DNA of 63,932 bases, the filler included, from Licmophora abbreviata (lineage: Eukaryota): the NCBI GenBank assembly GCA_900291995.1. It is 22 parts of 22 records of this genome, joined end to end, with 100 filler letters (N's around TTAATTAATTAA, not from the genome) between each part and the next. Parts side by side here need not be neighbours in the genome. Positions count along the whole stretch, not along the records: positions 10,004 to 15,784 come from OLMU01001762.1; positions 15,885 to 19,901 come from OLMU01001763.1; positions 20,002 to 22,429 come from OLMU01001764.1; 19 more parts are not named here. The stretch is one strand, 5' to 3'. Below, piece after piece: positions 12,735 to 22,529 of this stretch. Within the stretch, counting starts at the first letter, position 1. Every line of letters begins with the position of its first letter. The position numbers were made by a program, and so were the translations under genes. A model generated the notes under the pieces. It saw only the letters and a list, made by a program, of their open reading frames with translations. It ran no database searches and was not told where the DNA came from.

Positions 12735-12808
12735 TGGAGGCGAGTACCGGAATCGAACCGGTGTACACGGATTTGCAATCCGCTGCGTCACCACTCCGCC
12801 AACTCGCC
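12735..12808 (-). tRNA. tRNA-Cys (GCA)
   Basis: Reverse complement GGCGAGTTGGCGGAGTGG...GCGGA-TTGCAAA-TCCGT...GGTTCGATTCC...CTCGCCTCCA; 74 nt, encoded CCA. Confidence 0.96.
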
Positions 12809-12951
12809 ATCCAAGTGGTTGGGATCGGTTATCCGATCATTGCTCTTTGTGCAAGACCTGCCGAACAACTTGGCCAGCAGCAATTGCGTTGCCGGCTATC
12901 AGCGTATATGCGAAAAGCAGGTCGTCATTTCATAGCACAAGAGCCCGGTCG

Positions 12952-13605
12952 ATGACAGATTACGCAGCCCGCCGCACCGTCATGGTCGATACACAAGTCC
13001 GACCATCCGACGTGACGAAGTTTCCCATCATCGACGCCATGCTGGACGTGCCGCGCGAGGCCTTCGTGCCGCGCCACCTGCGCGAGGCTGCCTATATGGG
13101 TGAAAACATCGATCTGGGCGGCGGTCGGGTGATCCTGGAACCGCGCACCTTGTCCAAGCTTTTGGATTCTCTCGATATCCGGTCCAGTGAGCTGGTTCTG
13201 GATGTGGGCAGCGCCCTTGGATATTCCGCAGCTGTCATTGCCCGGATGGCCGAAGCGGTTGTCGCTGTCGAGGAAGACCGTGACATGGCAAATGAAGCGC
13301 AGGGTCTCTTGTCCGAACACGGCGCCGACAACGTTATCGTTCATCATGGGCCTCTGGCAGAAGGGGCGCCGGAGCATGGTCCCTATGATGTCATGGTCGT
13401 TGAGGGCGGGGTTGGTGATCTTCCGCAGACCCTGATCGAGCAGGTCAAGCAGGGTGGGCGCATTGCATGTCTGTTCATGGAGGGCGCTTTGGGTGCGGTG
13501 CGCATCGGGTACAAGGTTGATGGGGACATATCATGGCGCTATGCCTTCAACGCCGGTGCTCCTGTTCTGCCCGGGTTCGAACGGTACAAGGTTTTTACGT
13601 TTTGA
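12952..13605 (+). CDS. pcm: Protein-L-isoaspartate O-methyltransferase
   Basis: MVDTQVRPSDVT, VPREAFVP, SAM motif VLDVGSALGYSAA; pcm-tolC synteny. Confidence 0.9.
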   Translation: MTDYAARRTVMVDTQVRPSDVTKFPIIDAMLDVPREAFVPRHLREAAYMGENIDLGGGRVILEPRTLSKLLDSLDIRSSELVLDVGSALGYSAAVIARMAEAVVAVEEDRDMANEAQGLLSEHGADNVIVHHGPLAEGAPEHGPYDVMVVEGGVGDLPQTLIEQVKQGGRIACLFMEGALGAVRIGYKVDGDISWRYAFNAGAPVLPGFERYKVFTF

Positions 13606-13624
13606 TCCTTGCCAAAGTCGGGGC

Positions 13625-15052
13625 ATGAAGTTGGAGAGCAAATTGAAAAGAATTTTGACAAGACGTTTTCTTGGTCCCGTGCTCGCAGCGGCACTGGCAG
13701 GTACAGCGCCTGTTGCGGCAAACGCGGAAAACCTGGCCGACACGTTGGCGGATGCCTACCGCAACAGTGGTCTACTGGAGCAGAACCGCGCTCTGCTGAG
13801 AGCCGCTGACGAAGATGTCGCTGTCACCGTGTCACGTCTGCGACCGATCCTGAACTGGTCTGCGAATGTCACCCGCAACTTTGGCCGCAACCGCACCGGG
13901 AACGGCAGCACGTCGATCGATTCTACGGATGCCGGCATCGGTGTGACGGCACAGCTTCTGCTGTATGATTTCGGACGCACCGGCCTGCAGGTCGACGCGG
14001 CCAAGGAAACCGTTTTGTCCACGCGCGAGACACTGCGCAGCATTGAGCAACAGGTTCTTTTGCGCGCTGTCGTGGCCTTCATGAATGTGCGCCGGAACAG
14101 CGAATTCGTCTCGCTGCGCCAGAATAACCTGCGACTGCTGGAAGAAGAACTTCGCGCGGCGCAGGACCGTTTCGAGGTGGGTGAGGTGACCCGTACCGAT
14201 GTGGCACAGGCCGAGGCGCGGCTGGCGTCGGCGCAAAGCGGACTGGCTTCGGCGCAGGGCAATCTGGCCCGTGCGATCGAGGAATTCACAAGTGCGGTCG
14301 GGCGCCAGCCGGGCCCGCTTCGGACGCCGCAATCGCTTCCGAGCCTCGCAGGTGGCGTCGATGCGTCCAAAACGGTGGCACTGCGGAATCATCCGGATAT
14401 TCTCAAGGCGCAGCATGATGTTGCCGCGGCGGAACTGGCCATCAAGGCAGCCGATGCCGCAACCCGCCCGCGGGTAAACCTGAACGCGCGGGCCGGAGTC
14501 GAGGATGAATGGAGCGGTGGCGATTATGTCCGTTCCGGCAGTATTGGCGTCGAGATCACAGGCCCGATTTATCAAGGCGGTCAGCTGAGCGCCCTTGAGC
14601 GGCAGGCCGTCGCGCGCCGCGACGCGGTGCGCGGTGGGTTGCTTCTGGCGCAACTGGCCGTTCAACAGGATGTCGGTAATGCCTATGCCGATCTGCGCGC
14701 CGCCCGGGCCAGCCGCGAAGCCAGCCAGGAAGCCGTTCGCGCGGCAACCGTGGCCTTCCGCGGTGTCCGGGAAGAGGCACAGCTGGGCGCGCGGACCACA
14801 TTGGACGTTCTTGATGCCGAACAGGCGCTTCTGGACGCGCGCACGAATCTGATATCGGCGGAAATCGATGTCTATATCGCGGCTTATGCGATCTTGTCGT
14901 CGATCGGGCAGTTGACGGCAAGGGATCTCAATCTTGCGGTGCAGACCTATGATCCGGCGGCCTATTACAACCTGGTCAAGACGGCTCCGACTGAGCTCAG
15001 CCGGCAGGGCCGTCAGCTTGATCGGGTTCTGCGATCCTTGGGGAAAGAGTAA
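13625..15052 (+). CDS. tolC: Core TolC-family outer membrane protein
   Basis: Signal peptide, RFEVGEVTRTDVAQAEARL, GARTTLDVLDAEQ. Confidence 0.9.
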   Translation: MKLESKLKRILTRRFLGPVLAAALAGTAPVAANAENLADTLADAYRNSGLLEQNRALLRAADEDVAVTVSRLRPILNWSANVTRNFGRNRTGNGSTSIDSTDAGIGVTAQLLLYDFGRTGLQVDAAKETVLSTRETLRSIEQQVLLRAVVAFMNVRRNSEFVSLRQNNLRLLEEELRAAQDRFEVGEVTRTDVAQAEARLASAQSGLASAQGNLARAIEEFTSAVGRQPGPLRTPQSLPSLAGGVDASKTVALRNHPDILKAQHDVAAAELAIKAADAATRPRVNLNARAGVEDEWSGGDYVRSGSIGVEITGPIYQGGQLSALERQAVARRDAVRGGLLLAQLAVQQDVGNAYADLRAARASREASQEAVRAATVAFRGVREEAQLGARTTLDVLDAEQALLDARTNLISAEIDVYIAAYAILSSIGQLTARDLNLAVQTYDPAAYYNLVKTAPTELSRQGRQLDRVLRSLGKE

Positions 15053-15124
15053 AAAACGTCCTATTCTGTTGTGTGACCATGCCGGCAAGGGTAAACTCGG
15101 GCGAGGCAAGAGTGGTGCAGAATT

Positions 15125-16244
15125 ATGTCAGATCCCGTCAGTAACGCGGAAATAGAGGACGTGCTGTCTTCTATCCGGCGGTTGGTTTCCAACGGCGACC
15201 GAGACAAAACCCATGTTTTGCCGGCTGCAAAGACGGATTCGGCTGACAAGCTGGTTCTGACGCCAGCGCTTCGCGTGGACGCTTCTGAGGATGATGGCGA
15301 CAGGGAATCGCATCAGGTCGAGAATGACTCGGGCCTTTCCGCGATCGGTGACAGTTTCGAATTTCATCATGTCCCGCAAGAGGGCGAGGCGGAAACCGAC
15401 GATCACCCGCAAGATGCCTTGGTGCTGAAAGAGGGCGACGAGGTTAAAGCCGAAGAGGCCGCGACAGCGGAAATGTCGGACGCTGAAACCACGTCCGAGA
15501 CTTTGCCCGAACCCGAGCATCATGACAGTGCGGAGGCGTCCGATGATCCTGTGTCGCAGGAGCATTCTCCCGACAATTATGAAGCGGATGCCGAGCGTCA
15601 CGGGAGCGAACCGTCGCCTGAGCCTGAAACGCAGGACGACGAAGGCGCCGTTAAGAAGGCCGTCCTTGGAGACCGGATCGCGGAAGTCGAAGACGCAGTC
15701 GCGGCGCGCGAGGACGAATGGGAGCCGGACGGGGAAAGCGACGATCCCTATTCAGGTTCCGAAGTCACTCCCATGGCGTGGGAGNNNNNNNNNNNNNNNN
15801 NNNNNNNNNNNNNNNNNNNNNNNNNNNNTTAATTAATTAANNNNNNNNNNNNNNNNNNNNNNNNNNNNNNNNNNNNNNNNNNNNGAACCCGAGCATGAAG
15901 AGAGCGCGCCTGTCACGAGAGGGCCGGCCCTTGTCTATGCGAGCCCTGATTGGGGATTGGCGGGTGCCGACGATCGGTCCACCTCTGAAGCCCGTGACGA
16001 CGCGGGATCATCCGATAGCGTGACCGATCCGGAGGATGGATCGGAAAAGACCCGCGAAAACGAAGCCGCGCTCTGGTCGGATGAGGGCGAAGCGATCATC
16101 GATGAAGACACGCTGCGCGATATGGTCAGCGAGATTGTGCGCCAGGAACTTCAGGGGGCCTTGGGCGAAAGAATAACGCGCAATGTCCGCAAACTCGTGC
16201 GGCGCGAAATTCACCGCGCCCTGACCAGCCAGGAATTCGACTAG
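15125..16244 (+). CDS. PopZ-like acidic disordered protein, gap at 15785-15884
   Basis: N-helix [13 protein letters not shown], long D/E/P-rich linker, C-terminal helices [13 protein letters not shown]...[11 protein letters not shown]; follows pcm-tolC. Confidence 0.6.
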
Positions 16245-17695
16245 AGCGCGGGCTCTTCAGCCAGTCCGAGCAGCATATCGAGATCAAGATGTGTCTCGAC
16301 ATGCCGGGCCAAGTCATCAAGCGTCTGGTCCACACTGTCCGAATAGTCCAAGCCCGTCTGCACGCCGAAATCCGCCAGGAACGCCGCGCGGAACTTGTCC
16401 GAGGCAAAAAGACCGTGCAGGTAACACCCGCGCACACGGCCCGAAGGCGATGCCGCGCCCTCGTCAAGCGGACCCACCCCAAGCCACGCCCGTGCGCAAT
16501 CCGGGCCGGTCGTCTCGCCCAGATGGATTTCATAGCCTGAAACCGCATCCCCGGTGGGAAGATAGACGGCCTCGGTCAAAGCGAGCCGTTTTTCCGGTTT
16601 CATGACCGTGACCACATCCAGATGCCCCAAACCCGGCACCGAACCTGGCGTGCCTTCGATGCCGTCGGGATCGTTGATTTCGCGGCCTAGCATCTGGTAG
16701 CCGCCACAAATCCCCAGAACATGGCCTCCGCGCCGGATATGGGCCGTGAGGTCGATATCCCAGCCCTGCGCCCGGAAATGCGCCAGATCGGCAATCGTGG
16801 ACTTGCTTCCGGGGATCAGGACGAGGTCTGCATCGCCGGGCAAGGGGGTTCCGGCTTCGATGATTTCGACGCTGACATTCGGTTCGGACGACAAGGGATC
16901 AAGATCGTCGAAATTCGCGATCCGGTTCAGGCGGGGAACGACCAGTTTGAAGGCGCCGCCGCGTTTTGAGCGGATATCCATCACGTCCTCTGCGGGCAGG
17001 CGCCAGGCGTCGGCGAACCAAGGCAGCACACCAAGCGATGGCCAGCCGGTGCGCTTCGTGATTTCGACCAACCCCTCGTCGAACAGGCTGACATCGCCAC
17101 GGAACTTGTTGATCGCATAGGCCTTGATTCGTCCGGCATCTTCGGGCGGCAGGATATATTGCGTGCCGACCACCTGTGCGATCACACCGCCCCGGTCTAT
17201 GTCGCCGATCAGGATCACCGGCACCCCGGCGGCTTCGGCAAAGCCCATATTGGCGATATCTCCTGCGCGCAGGTTGATCTCGGCGGGGCTGCCCGCGCCC
17301 TCGATCAGCACAAGATCCACCCCGGCGCAGAGCCTGCGAAAGCTGTCGGGCGCCGGGGCCAGAAGCTGCGGTTTGGCCTTGGCATAGTCGCGCGCCCGCA
17401 AAGTGGCAAAGCGTTTTCCCTGCACGATGACCTGTGCCCCGGTGTCGGTCTCGGGTTTCAGCAGAACGGGGTTCATGTCGGTATGGGGCGCGCGGCGCGC
17501 GGCCAGCGCTTGCAGGGCCTGTGCGCGTCCGATCTCGCCTCCATCCTCGGTTACGGCGGCATTGTTCGACATGTTCTGCGGCTTGAAGGGTGCCACTGAC
17601 AGGCCACGGTTCACGAAGGCGCGCGCCAGTCCCGCGACAAGCATGGACTTGCCCACGTTCGATCCCGCGCCCTGAATCATGATGGACCGTGTCAT
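16241..17695 (-). CDS. cobQ: Cobyric acid synthase
   Basis: [48 protein letters not shown]. Confidence 0.95.
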   Translation of the reverse strand: MTRSIMIQGAGSNVGKSMLVAGLARAFVNRGLSVAPFKPQNMSNNAAVTEDGGEIGRAQALQALAARRAPHTDMNPVLLKPETDTGAQVIVQGKRFATLRARDYAKAKPQLLAPAPDSFRRLCAGVDLVLIEGAGSPAEINLRAGDIANMGFAEAAGVPVILIGDIDRGGVIAQVVGTQYILPPEDAGRIKAYAINKFRGDVSLFDEGLVEITKRTGWPSLGVLPWFADAWRLPAEDVMDIRSKRGGAFKLVVPRLNRIANFDDLDPLSSEPNVSVEIIEAGTPLPGDADLVLIPGSKSTIADLAHFRAQGWDIDLTAHIRRGGHVLGICGGYQMLGREINDPDGIEGTPGSVPGLGHLDVVTVMKPEKRLALTEAVYLPTGDAVSGYEIHLGETTGPDCARAWLGVGPLDEGAASPSGRVRGCYLHGLFASDKFRAAFLADFGVQTGLDYSDSVDQTLDDLARHVETHLDLDMLLGLAEEPAL

Positions 17696-17789
17696 GACGA
17701 TGCCTCCTGTCGCCGGTCAGAGCGTGATACAAACAGGCGCCGCCCAAGGAAAGCCGTTCCGGTCGCTGCCCGTGAAATTCGGTATCCCG

Positions 17790-17826
17790 AAAAGAAAAGG
17801 CCCCGCCGCGTTGGGCAGGGCCATTT
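17790..17826 (-). terminator. Probable rho-independent terminator after the 106-aa conserved protein
   Basis: On + strand AAAAGAAAA followed by GGCCCC...GGGCC stem, i.e. hairpin then U-tract on - strand. Confidence 0.5.
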
Positions 17827-17846
17827 CGCAGGAATATGCAGTTGCG

Positions 17847-18167
17847 TCAGGCGGCTTCAGCCTGAGCGGCGGCATTCCGGCGTTCACTTTCCTCACGTGA
17901 CAGGGCGACCGAGGTGCGCACACCCTTGCCCACAAACTCCATCAGACCCTGAACCACACGTTCGTTGGGGTCGATGCCCGCACAGGACAGCACTTCGCGC
18001 CCATCACGAGACCGAGCCCACCGAGCGATCTGCTCGGGGCCATTGCCATATTTTTTGTCATCTGCGATGGCGTCATCCAGCGCAGCCAATACAACGGCAG
18101 CAAATAGTTTACGGGCACGGTTGCCCTGTTCGGCATTGAAGGCCGTGCCGTCAACGAAATCCGTCAT
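17847..18167 (-). CDS. Conserved Rhodobacteraceae hypothetical protein (DUF6280-like, by recall)
   Basis: Clean 106-aa ORF with AAGGA RBS; resembles conserved protein found beside efp. Confidence 0.7.
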   Translation of the reverse strand: MTDFVDGTAFNAEQGNRARKLFAAVVLAALDDAIADDKKYGNGPEQIARWARSRDGREVLSCAGIDPNERVVQGLMEFVGKGVRTSVALSREESERRNAAAQAEAA

Positions 18168-18383
18168 GGTTCGTCCTTGATGTTATTGCTCTTGTCTTTC
18201 CGGCGTGGCGATGGTTATGGCGAAGTTTGAACGATTCGGATAGAGCACATATGCATAGCATGTATGCTCTAGGTGCATAACTATTCGATGCTCCATACGA
18301 TATATCGTCGTCTTGCCAGTCATCCCCTCCCCAGATATAGGGATGGTGGACCCACCATCAACCTTATGTCACGGTTTTGCCCA

Positions 18384-18947
18384 ATGCCAAAGATCAATGG
18401 AAACGAGATCAGACCAGGCAATATCCTGGAACACAACGGCGGTCTGTGGACCGCAGTGAAGGTCGATCACGTAAAGCCCGGAAAAGGCGGGGCTTTTGCT
18501 CAGGTCGAGATGAGAAACCTGCGCAATGGTTCCAAGTTGAACGAACGGTTTCGCAGCGCCGACAAGGTCGAGCGCGTCCGTCTGGAACAAAAAGACCAGC
18601 AGTTTCTTTATGAAATGGACGGCAACCTTGTGTTCATGGACACCGAAACATTCGAGCAGATCGAGCTTCCTGCAGACATCCTAGGCGAGCGCCGCGCTTT
18701 CCTTCAGGACGGCATGACCGTGTTGATCGAGTATCACGAGAACGAAGCGCTTAACGCAACGTTACCTCAGAAAGTCGTCTGCAAGGTGGTCGAGACCGAG
18801 CCTGTAGTGAAGGGGCAGACCGCAGCCAACAGCTTCAAGCCGGCGATTCTCGACAATGGCGTCAAGGTGATGGTGCCGCCCTTTGTCGGACCTGACGAGG
18901 ATATCGTCGTCAACACCGAGACCATCGAATATTCCGAACGCGCCTGA
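18384..18947 (+). CDS. efp: Elongation factor P
   Basis: [24 protein letters not shown]-terminus. Confidence 0.96.
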   Translation: MPKINGNEIRPGNILEHNGGLWTAVKVDHVKPGKGGAFAQVEMRNLRNGSKLNERFRSADKVERVRLEQKDQQFLYEMDGNLVFMDTETFEQIELPADILGERRAFLQDGMTVLIEYHENEALNATLPQKVVCKVVETEPVVKGQTAANSFKPAILDNGVKVMVPPFVGPDEDIVVNTETIEYSERA

Positions 18948-19010
18948 GCGCTATCGGCAGATGCCAATATGGTCCGGCAAAGGCTGATGTCCTTGCCGGA
19001 CTTTTTCGTA

Positions 19011-19745
19011 TCACCCTGCCGAATATGTGACCGTGGCGCTTTCAGCCTGCATAGGGCCAGAGGCGCGGTCGAACCGCAGATAGGCGATGCCCTTGCCGCC
19101 CGATTGGGTGAACAAGGTGCCCGCCGGCTTTTCGGAAGATGTGATCTGTGTCCCGACGGGCGCTGTGCCCTCGACCTCAACCGTTGCCAGCCCTTTGCGC
19201 AACTCTGTCTTGTGCTTCATGCGGGCGGTCACTTCCTGGCCGACATAGCAGCCTTTCTTGAAGTCGACGCCGTTGAGACGCTCGAATCCGGCCTCCAGAA
19301 TGAAGGTGTCGGGCGACAGCTCGATGCCGGTTTCCGGGATGCAATGGGCCACGCGAATGGCCTCCCAGTCGGTGCCGTCATCCCCGCCTTCCGCCCCATA
19401 AAGACGCCATCCCAGATCGGGGTGGCGCGGATCGGCAAGCGCGCCGTCCGGGGCAGGGCCGGTTCCGCGCATCACCTGCAACTCGCTTTGCGTGATCGTC
19501 ACATCTGCCCTCAATTTGTACATCGAAAGCCGCTGCATCAGCTGTGCCGACAGACTTTCATCAACGTCCAGAAGAATCGCCTCCCCATGCCCGGCAAGAA
19601 AGAAATCCGCGATATACTTGCCCTGAGGCGTCAGCATGGCCGCATAGACAAGACCCTGATCCAGTTTGCACATATCGTTGGTCACAAGGCCTTGCAGGAA
19701 GTCCTGCGCCTCGGAACCGGTGATTTCCAGAATCGTGCGTGTCAT
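19011..19745 (-). CDS. ygfZ: YgfZ/GcvT-like folate-binding protein
   Basis: Signature KGCYVGQE, FLQGLVTND. Confidence 0.9.
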   Translation of the reverse strand: MTRTILEITGSEAQDFLQGLVTNDMCKLDQGLVYAAMLTPQGKYIADFFLAGHGEAILLDVDESLSAQLMQRLSMYKLRADVTITQSELQVMRGTGPAPDGALADPRHPDLGWRLYGAEGGDDGTDWEAIRVAHCIPETGIELSPDTFILEAGFERLNGVDFKKGCYVGQEVTARMKHKTELRKGLATVEVEGTAPVGTQITSSEKPAGTLFTQSGGKGIAYLRFDRASGPMQAESATVTYSAG

Positions 19746-19810
19746 TGCCACTCCCGTCAGCTTGTGCCTTGTAATATAGTTCATGACGCGCGGCACAACA
19801 GGGGGCGTGA

Positions 19811-20485
19811 ATGCGGGCGAGACTCTCGGTGGTGATGCCGACGCTGGATGCGGCGCCGGGGCTGGCGCGCAGTCTTCCGGCGTTGGCCGAAGGGCTTGAT
19901 GNNNNNNNNNNNNNNNNNNNNNNNNNNNNNNNNNNNNNNNNNNNNTTAATTAATTAANNNNNNNNNNNNNNNNNNNNNNNNNNNNNNNNNNNNNNNNNNN
20001 NAGCGTCGCGCGGAGGGCAATTGCGCCGCGGGGCCGATGCAGCGACAGGGGAATGGCTGTTATTCCTGCACGCCGATACGGTCCTGCCCTCAGGGTGGGC
20101 CGAGATGCTCCAGGACCAGATATCTACCGGGCGGCCCGCTTATTTCAGGATGCGTTTCGATGCAGACGGGCTTGCCCCGATGCTGGTGGCAGGATGGGCA
20201 AACCTGCGCGCAAGGCGGTTTCATTTGCCCTATGGCGATCAAGGCTTGCTCATTTCGCGGGCGGAATATGATGCGGTTGGTGGATTTCGGGATATCCCCC
20301 TGATGGAGGATGTCGCCATGTCCCGTGCGCTTGGCGCGCGGCTTGAGGGTCTGCCGGGTGTCGTGACCACCAGTGCGGTGCGCTATGCCCGTGACGGCTG
20401 GCTGCGGCGTGGGGCGCGCAACCTGTCCTTGTTGCTCAGATACCTGATGGGGGCCGATCCCGAGAGCCTAGCGCGCCGCTACTAG
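19811..20485 (+). CDS. GT2-family glycosyltransferase (TIGR04283-like), gap at 19902-20001
   Basis: MRARLSVVMPTL..., RGGQL, WLLFLHADT, PYGDQGL, IPLMEDV. Confidence 0.82.
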
Positions 20486-20532
20486 CTCCGACAGGCGACA
20501 CCCGGCTTCACCTTGGCCACAGGCGAAAACCC

Positions 20533-21216
20533 TTAGAATATCGGCTTGTGGGTCGCCTCGTAATCGGCCTGCATCGCGTCATGCTGATACTCTGCCTCCA
20601 GCCAATCCTCAAAGCTGATGCCGGTCGCCGCGTGGCTTTGCTCATAGCGATCAAGGATATGATCCAGAACGCCGGTCTTCGACCATTTGAGATGGATATA
20701 CTTCACCCCCAACATCTTGCGGGCCTGTGATACGGGGCGTCCCTCGATCACCAGCAGGTAGACGGCAGCGGCAAAGCCCGCGCGATCTGCACCGGATTTG
20801 CAATGCATGACAAAGGGTTTTTCAATCTCGCGGAAGGCGCGGATCAGAGCCTTGATTTCGGTCCCCGGCGCGGCCTGACGGGCCATCAGGTTCACATTGA
20901 CCAGCGTCAGACCAAGGGTGCGGCAGCTTTCCTCTTCCACCAGATAATGTGCGGTCCCGCCTGCGCCGCGAAGGTTGAGGATCGTCTTGACCCCCTTCTT
21001 CTTCAGTTTGACGAAGCGTTCATGGGTCGGCTGGTTCGAGCGATAGACATCCGGCGCCACCTGATGGAAATTGGTCCAGATCTTGCGGAGAACCGCATGG
21101 TCGAACCACAGGTTATAGATATTTGCCCGGCGGCGGTTTTCCGGTGTCGACAGGTCCGTGTCGAACGAATTACGCAGGTTTCGTTCCCAATCGACGAGTC
21201 TTCTGAAAAGTTTCAT
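20533..21216 (-). CDS. Tyrosine/dual-specificity phosphatase family protein
   Basis: CX5R motif HCKSGADRAG, VYRSNQP, ILNLRG. Confidence 0.85.
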   Translation of the reverse strand: MKLFRRLVDWERNLRNSFDTDLSTPENRRRANIYNLWFDHAVLRKIWTNFHQVAPDVYRSNQPTHERFVKLKKKGVKTILNLRGAGGTAHYLVEEESCRTLGLTLVNVNLMARQAAPGTEIKALIRAFREIEKPFVMHCKSGADRAGFAAAVYLLVIEGRPVSQARKMLGVKYIHLKWSKTGVLDHILDRYEQSHAATGISFEDWLEAEYQHDAMQADYEATHKPIF

Positions 21217-21363
21217 GAAAGGGAAGCGCTCCATCCGGCAGGTCCGATTGCCTGAACGCCCCATTTATTCGGCGGCGGCCCTCATGGCAAGGCGCGCGGG
21301 GCCGATTGACGGCAGGCTGATGCAAGGTAATGTCACCCCATTCATGTCAGGAGACCCCATCCC

Positions 21364-22429
21364 GTGAGCCTCAGCCAAGGACGCCCCTATCTGGCCATTC
21401 CCGGCCCGTCAGTCATGCCCGATGCCGTGTTGCGCGCCATGCACCGCGCCTCGCCCAATATTTACGAGGGTGATCTGATCGACCTGACCGCCGGGCTGAT
21501 CCCCGATCTGCGGCGCGTAGCCCGTACGAAGGGCCATGTCGCGATCTATATCGCCAATGGGCATGGGGCGTGGGAGGCTGCGTTGGCCAATGTGGTCGCA
21601 CCGGGCGAAAGGGTGCTGATGGCGGCGACGGGGCGGTTTGGACACGGTTGGGGCGATATTGCCACCGGCCTTGGCGCAGAGGTCGAAATACTTGATTTCG
21701 GCAAGCAAAGCCCGCTTGATCCGGGTCGTGTGGAGGATGCCCTGCGCGCCGATAAAGCCCATAAGATCAAAGCGGTGCTGGTCACTCATGTCGATACCTC
21801 GACCTCGATTCTCAATGATGTGGCAGCCGTGCGCACAGCCCTTGATGCCACCCGGCACCCGGCGCTTTTGATGGCTGATTGCATCGCGTCGCTGGCCTGT
21901 GACCGGTTCGAGATGGACGCCTGGGGCGTGGATGTGATGGTGGCGGCAAGCCAGAAAGGGTTGATGACGCCGCCCGGTCTGAGCTTTGTCTTCTTCGGCG
22001 ACAAGGCGGTTGAGGTGCGCGCCGGCATGGAGCGGGTCAGCCGCTATTGGGATTGGACGACGCGAGCACAGCCCGAGATGTTCTATCAGTATTTCGGCGG
22101 AACCGCCCCGACACATCATCTGTTCGGGCTGCGCGCCGCACTGGACATGATCCACGAGGAAGGAATCGAGGCTGTCTGGGCACGCCATGACCTGCTGGCG
22201 CAAGCCATATGGGCAGCCTGCGAGGCTTGGGGGCAGGACGGGCCTTTGCGGCTGAACGTGGACACTCCGGCCTGCCGCAGCCGCGCGGTCACGTCGCTGA
22301 GGATTGGTGCCCCGCACGGGTCGGCGCTGCGCAAATGGGTGCAGGACAAGGCCGGCGTGACCTTGGGCATCGGGCTTGGCATGGCCGAGCCGGGTGATCC
22401 CGCGTGGCACGGATTCTTTCGCATGGGAC
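21364..22429 (+). CDS. Class V PLP aminotransferase (serine-glyoxylate/alanine-glyoxylate type), 3' truncated by gap
   Basis: IPGPSVMP, HVDTST, DCIASL, ASQKGLMTPPG. Confidence 0.87.
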
Positions 22430-22529
22430 NNNNNNNNNNNNNNNNNNNNNNNNNNNNNNNNNNNNNNNNNNNNTTAATTAATTAANNNNNNNNNNNNNNN
22501 NNNNNNNNNNNNNNNNNNNNNNNNNNNNN

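Noticed and set aside
12730..12951. N-terminal extension of pcm in the ORF track
   Set aside because: Overlaps tRNA-Cys on the opposite strand; homology starts at Met 12952.
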